Below, piece after piece: positions 59,787-64,000 of a stretch of DNA of 64,000 nt; position 1 is the first letter of the stretch, and every line of letters starts with the position of its first letter. Source of the stretch: Zancudomyces culisetae HAW-14-8 (taxonomy: Eukaryota > Fungi > Kickxellomycota); NCBI GenBank assembly GCA_052426225.1, contig JBNJNM010000012.1, positions 62,001 through 126,000 on the forward strand. Reading direction: 5' to 3'. A program made the translations under genes and the position numbers. A model generated the notes under the pieces. It saw only the letters and a program-made list of their open reading frames with translations, had not been told where the DNA came from and did not search any database.

Positions 59787-60775
59787 ATATCCTCCTCCAA
59801 AGAATTATTATATTTATTAATTAATACTAATGGTCAATTATAGGATTTCTATATTATTTATATTTTTATTATATTTTTATAATATTGAGTTAATCGATTT
59901 TATATAAATTCGAATTTTGGGAATTCGACATTTGAATTTTTTAATCGAAAATAACGTTGAGAGCCATACCATTTGGTGATCCGCGAATCAGTACCGGCTT
60001 CCTAAAAGAAATTTAGAAGAGGTGGGAGGCTCCGGTGCTCGCTTTCCTTGCGCACATTGGCCGCATATAGCCCCACATTCTCATCAGCTGATTTGTCTAC
60101 TCTCTAACGATCTTACAGTTCTCTCGCTTATAAATTAAGCGAGTCTTCTCGAAACAAATTTTTTATTTTGTTTAGGGAATGTTATCATATTTATAATTTG
60201 TTTAAATATTTAATCAAAATTCAATAATTATTGTGTAATGGGTAAATAGTTATTGTATGTAGTAAAAGCAACGGATTTTGCCTTAAACTATCAGCGGGTT
60301 TTATCCATGAATATATCAAATTGTTTCGACGCTCCGGAATCTTTTATATTCAGGTGTCTTTTTTTCGGTTATACCCATAATTTTTTGAATTTTTAGTATT
60401 TATTTCTATCTAAACACTACGATTCACTAGAAGTTAGCAGAATTACAAAATGTCACAATGAAATTTAATGAATATATATAATAATTATAAAGAATTACAA
60501 CTTAGACTAACAAAATGTCATGATATATACTTGACATTATGCTTTTTTAGTTCACAATTTAAAATCAATATTATATTTTATTAATATATACTCCTCTTTA
60601 ATTCTACTGTATTTTTAATAATACTGAGTAAGAATTATTTTATATTAATTGGGGTAAAACCATAACATTAATTGTAAACTTGGAGTTATCTTATTATTAT
60701 ATATAGTTTTTAAGTATAGTGCTAATAATTAATTTAATGATTGGCAAGTAATTTTGTATCAAGTAAATCAGTGAT

Positions 60776-61140
60776 GACTTGACAACTGAGTGATAAATTA
60801 ATAAATTTTTGTTTGAAAACTATAGTTAAAGTATTTGATATTTTATTGCTAAAGAACTTTATCAATAAAATCACTAAGTTGTATAGTTTTAAAACTCAAA
60901 ATCAAATTCGTTAATAATTAACAGAATAATAATAGGCATGAAACTAAATAGTACAACTCGATATTAAATGATTTTAATATGGAGTTGGGGGTTGGGGAAT
61001 TGAAAAAAGAATCTATACCAATGTTGGTTTACCCAAAATGAGGATAATTTCATTATCCCAAAATTAATTTCGTTTTTATTTTGCCCAAACAACGAATATA
61101 ATTTTGGGTTTCCCCAAAAGGTATTGATAGGATCATGATA
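60776..61140. repeat. Diverged ~350-bp direct repeat, copy A (copy B at 63577-63915)
   Basis: Shared blocks gacttgacaactgagtgata, tattttattgctaaaga, taggcatgaaac, acaactcgatattaaatg, gagttgggggttggg, ttggtttacccaaa, ggatcatga. Confidence 0.8.
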
Positions 61141-61251
61141 AACACTATATAATGACAAATATTTTATTCCTTTAATGAACTTTAGATAAAAAATTCTTTT
61201 TAGCTCATAGTATTTTAATTAAATTTATTGTAGTCATAGTTAATACATATA

Positions 61252-61455
61252 GTACTTAGTGTCAAGTCCTGTCAGGAAACTAATTTATTTAAGTTGGGAA
61301 ACTTAAAGTTCCCAAGTTAGGATTCAAATGTAATTAAATATGATTAAAAATTAATATTAAAACTTATGGGTAAATAATGCGATTCTGACACAAGTCCTGA
61401 CAATATATAAGTAGAATTTCTCAATCACAGCAAGTCACGACTTGACAATAAGTAC
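61252..61455. mobile_element. MITE-like element with ~20-bp imperfect terminal inverted repeats
   Basis: GTACTTA-G-TGTCAAGTC ... GACTTGACA-A-TAAGTAC; internal copy of CAAGTCCTGACA and a hairpin TTGGGAAAC/GTTCCCAA. Confidence 0.5.
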
Positions 61456-62639
61456 TTTTGGTTGTCTTGACTATGTTTATTTTTAAATTTTACTTTTTAT
61501 GATTAGCATCTTATTGCAAAGCTATCTACGCAAATTATCATCTTATACAAGATTTAAAAAATTCCATAATCAACCTAAAATGTTATAAAAATTAATATAC
61601 ACTATAACTTGTATTCATTCTTTATTAAGTTTATTATATCTCCAAAGTAAACATAATTAAAATTGTGTATTACCCCTTAATATTTTCAGTAATTCTTACG
61701 ACATTATTTTTATTTTGGAATATAATTCAAATGATTAAATGTAAACATAATGACATTTACTATTATTATAACATTAAAATATTTAGCAATATTGACATTA
61801 CTGGATCATGAACTATACAAATGTAATTTTTTCTAGGATTATTAAATACTATGTTTAAATCTTTTTCAGAACTTTCAATTTCGGTAAAATTTCGCTATAC
61901 ATAACCTAATATAATTTAAATGTTCACTTAATATATAAGAATACTTATTCTATAATAGTTAGAAAGGGTTAAAAATATACCCAAGTAATTTATTAATATT
62001 AGATTTCGATTTAAAATATTATTATATAATCTAACTCAATATGTTGTACTAAACTATAACGATGTTAAATATTATAAATTAATATGATCGAAATCGTACC
62101 AGATATATAGATATCGTTAATTTTTTGATTTTCAAGGTTAAGCGCCTTCATTTAATCAAAATGTATAATTTAAAATGGTAGATACTTCCTACTAATAATG
62201 CAGTGGAAATCGTCTGATTTATATTTATCTTTAGTACAATACCGTAAACATTATAAATCAAGATCTAAATTATTATCTAATTAAATCAAGTATTAAGAAT
62301 ATAAAAAATATTATTTGTATGAATCCAAAAGTCCAATATTGTTAGTTTCCTCATATGTTTACATTACAAAATTAAATTTTTTTCAAATAAATTATCATTT
62401 AATTATAAGGAATGTAAACACGATAATATGTAGCTCTAATTTAATATTTTATAATTTTAATATTATATTATTTATTATAATAATATTTAATATCATAATA
62501 ATATATTATGATTAATAAATAAATGTTTTATCTTGCTATATTCATTCAAAATTAGTGATATATAATGATAAAATTAATGTATAAGTTAAAATATTATATA
62601 GATATAAAAATTATATTAAAACGAATATTTTTTAATGTA

Positions 62640-63500
62640 TAGTTTCGTCGCTTTTATTAGGTCATTAAATATTTTTGGAATTAAAAATAAATAAAATCAT
62701 TTAATTTATTTTTAATAATTACATACTGGGTTAAATTTATTTGGATTTATATTGTTCGGACCCCTAATGTATATCCAAATTGGTGTTGCTTTGAAATATG
62801 TTGTTGACTTTCTCTTTGTCGTTCTGGGTTGGCTCTGATTCCATTCCTGGTTGGTAATTATCGGCATTTGGGCTGGTGGGGTTTGTAATGTAACCCATTT
62901 TAGTTTCTGCATTGGAGTTCTTATTTTCTGTGTTTATGTTAATTGAATATTTGTCAGGTCCGCAATTGTGAGGTTGCGCTTCGACCTGTGTTAGTCTATT
63001 CGTTTCCATAATCTAAATTGAGTGTTTGTTTTGGTTGATGTTTCCCTCGTTGTCTACATCCATCCTGTTTTTATTTTCCCTATCCATCTACCCTGCATAG
63101 GTGTTTGCTTCTTTTTCATTCTCGAAGAATCACTCGGGGATGTTTTCTTTGAGATTTTTTCATTATTTTGATTTTTGTTGTGGTTTTGTTGTTTTTTAGG
63201 TTATTATCTTGATGCAATTTGTAATTTCGCAAGAGGATTTTCAATGTCCTTGTCCATCACACCAGGTGCAGAGTGGGTCGCAGTATTTCGACATCATTGC
63301 AACCTTGGTTCCTTCGAAGGCTATACGCTTGGGAGCTTGACCTGTTTGTCTTTCCTTACGAAAACAATTTTGAGGTCGTATGTGTATATCGCATTGCAAT
63401 TGTGTTCCTAACATATCCCATCATCTATGATTTATCGTACGGTTCCATATATTTTTCTGCTCTTTTGACGACACCTTAGCTCGGTATTTCCATGCAGTCA
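62640..63500 (-). mobile_element. Second decayed LINE-like fragment (ORF1 with zinc knuckle)
   Basis: The minus strand near 63227-63268 encodes CTWCDGQGH*KSSC (CX2CX4HX4C interrupted by a stop), followed by Asn/Thr/Pro-rich low-complexity coding remnants. Confidence 0.55.
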
Positions 63501-63576
63501 GGGATTATGATGAAGGATAATTTATTCTTGTACTTGTCAGGACTTGACACTAATAATATATGTATATACTTGTCAG

Positions 63577-63915
63577 GACTTGACAACTGAGTGATATTAT
63601 TATTTAATTTATGTTCGAAAGCTATAGTAAAGAAAGTTGTTATTTTATTGCTAAAGATCTTTACAATTAATCAATAAGTATTTATAGTTTTAAAGCTCAC
63701 TATAATTCGAATATAATTAAACTACAATATATAACTAGGCATGAAACATAACAGCACAACTCGATATTAAATGTAATTTAATAATGAGTTGGGGGTTGGG
63801 AATTTGAAAAAGAATGTGAACCAATTTTGGTTTACCCAAATTGTGGATAATTTATTTTGTCTCAAAATGTGGTTAATTTTGATTATTTCCCAAAATGTCA
63901 TGATTGGATCATGAC
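63577..63915. repeat. Diverged ~350-bp direct repeat, copy B
   Basis: See 60776-61140; preceded by tandem TACTTGTCAGGACTTGACA at 63531 and 63567. Confidence 0.8.
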
Positions 63916-64000
63916 ATTAGTATGAATATGATTTATTTAATATTTACTATGAGATGAAAGCATTTTATTCTAAAGTTTCCTAAAGCAATAAAATCATTGT

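Noticed and set aside
59960-60090. 5S rRNA, RNase MRP, SRP or C/D snoRNA identity for the GC-rich island
   Set aside because: Only isolated short motifs match (GCCATACC, GGGGCT, TGATGA/CTGA); partner motifs and spacing do not fit.
60279-60300. TGCCTTAAACT matching the U12 snRNA 5' end
   Set aside because: The branch-site-pairing GAGTAAGGA and downstream structure are absent.

Overview
AT-rich eukaryotic (fungal) genomic DNA with short spliceosomal introns. Gene content and style suggest an early-diverging fungus, possibly Kickxellomycotina/Harpellales; this is inference only. Bases 1-53,100 are gene-dense (about 20 genes): an EFA6/Syt1-type Sec7-PH Arf-GEF, a CCDC137-like gene, RPP40, an FHA protein, ChaC/GCG1, two head-to-head PhoD-like phosphatase paralogues, a mitochondrial HMG-box protein with a histone-H1-like region, a Chs4/Skt5-like Sel1 protein, ELC1 and RMI1 (convergent, coding ends overlapping), a Med16-like gene, ABZ2, DUF1764, an alpha-arrestin, an Aven-like gene, a secreted Cys-rich GPI protein, RML2 and GPI10. 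From about 53,200 the window is a very AT-rich field of decayed, nested transposons: two LINE remnants, a Tf1/sushi-like Ty3/gypsy remnant with an apparent self-priming PBS, an antisense solo LTR, three copies of a ~135-bp LTR and a MITE-like element. The most notable unexplained signals are multi-kb G/C-skew domains that ignore gene orientation, a hammerhead-like structured island at ~60.0 kb and an snRNA-like multi-hairpin at ~49.3 kb. All calls come from manual reading without database searches.
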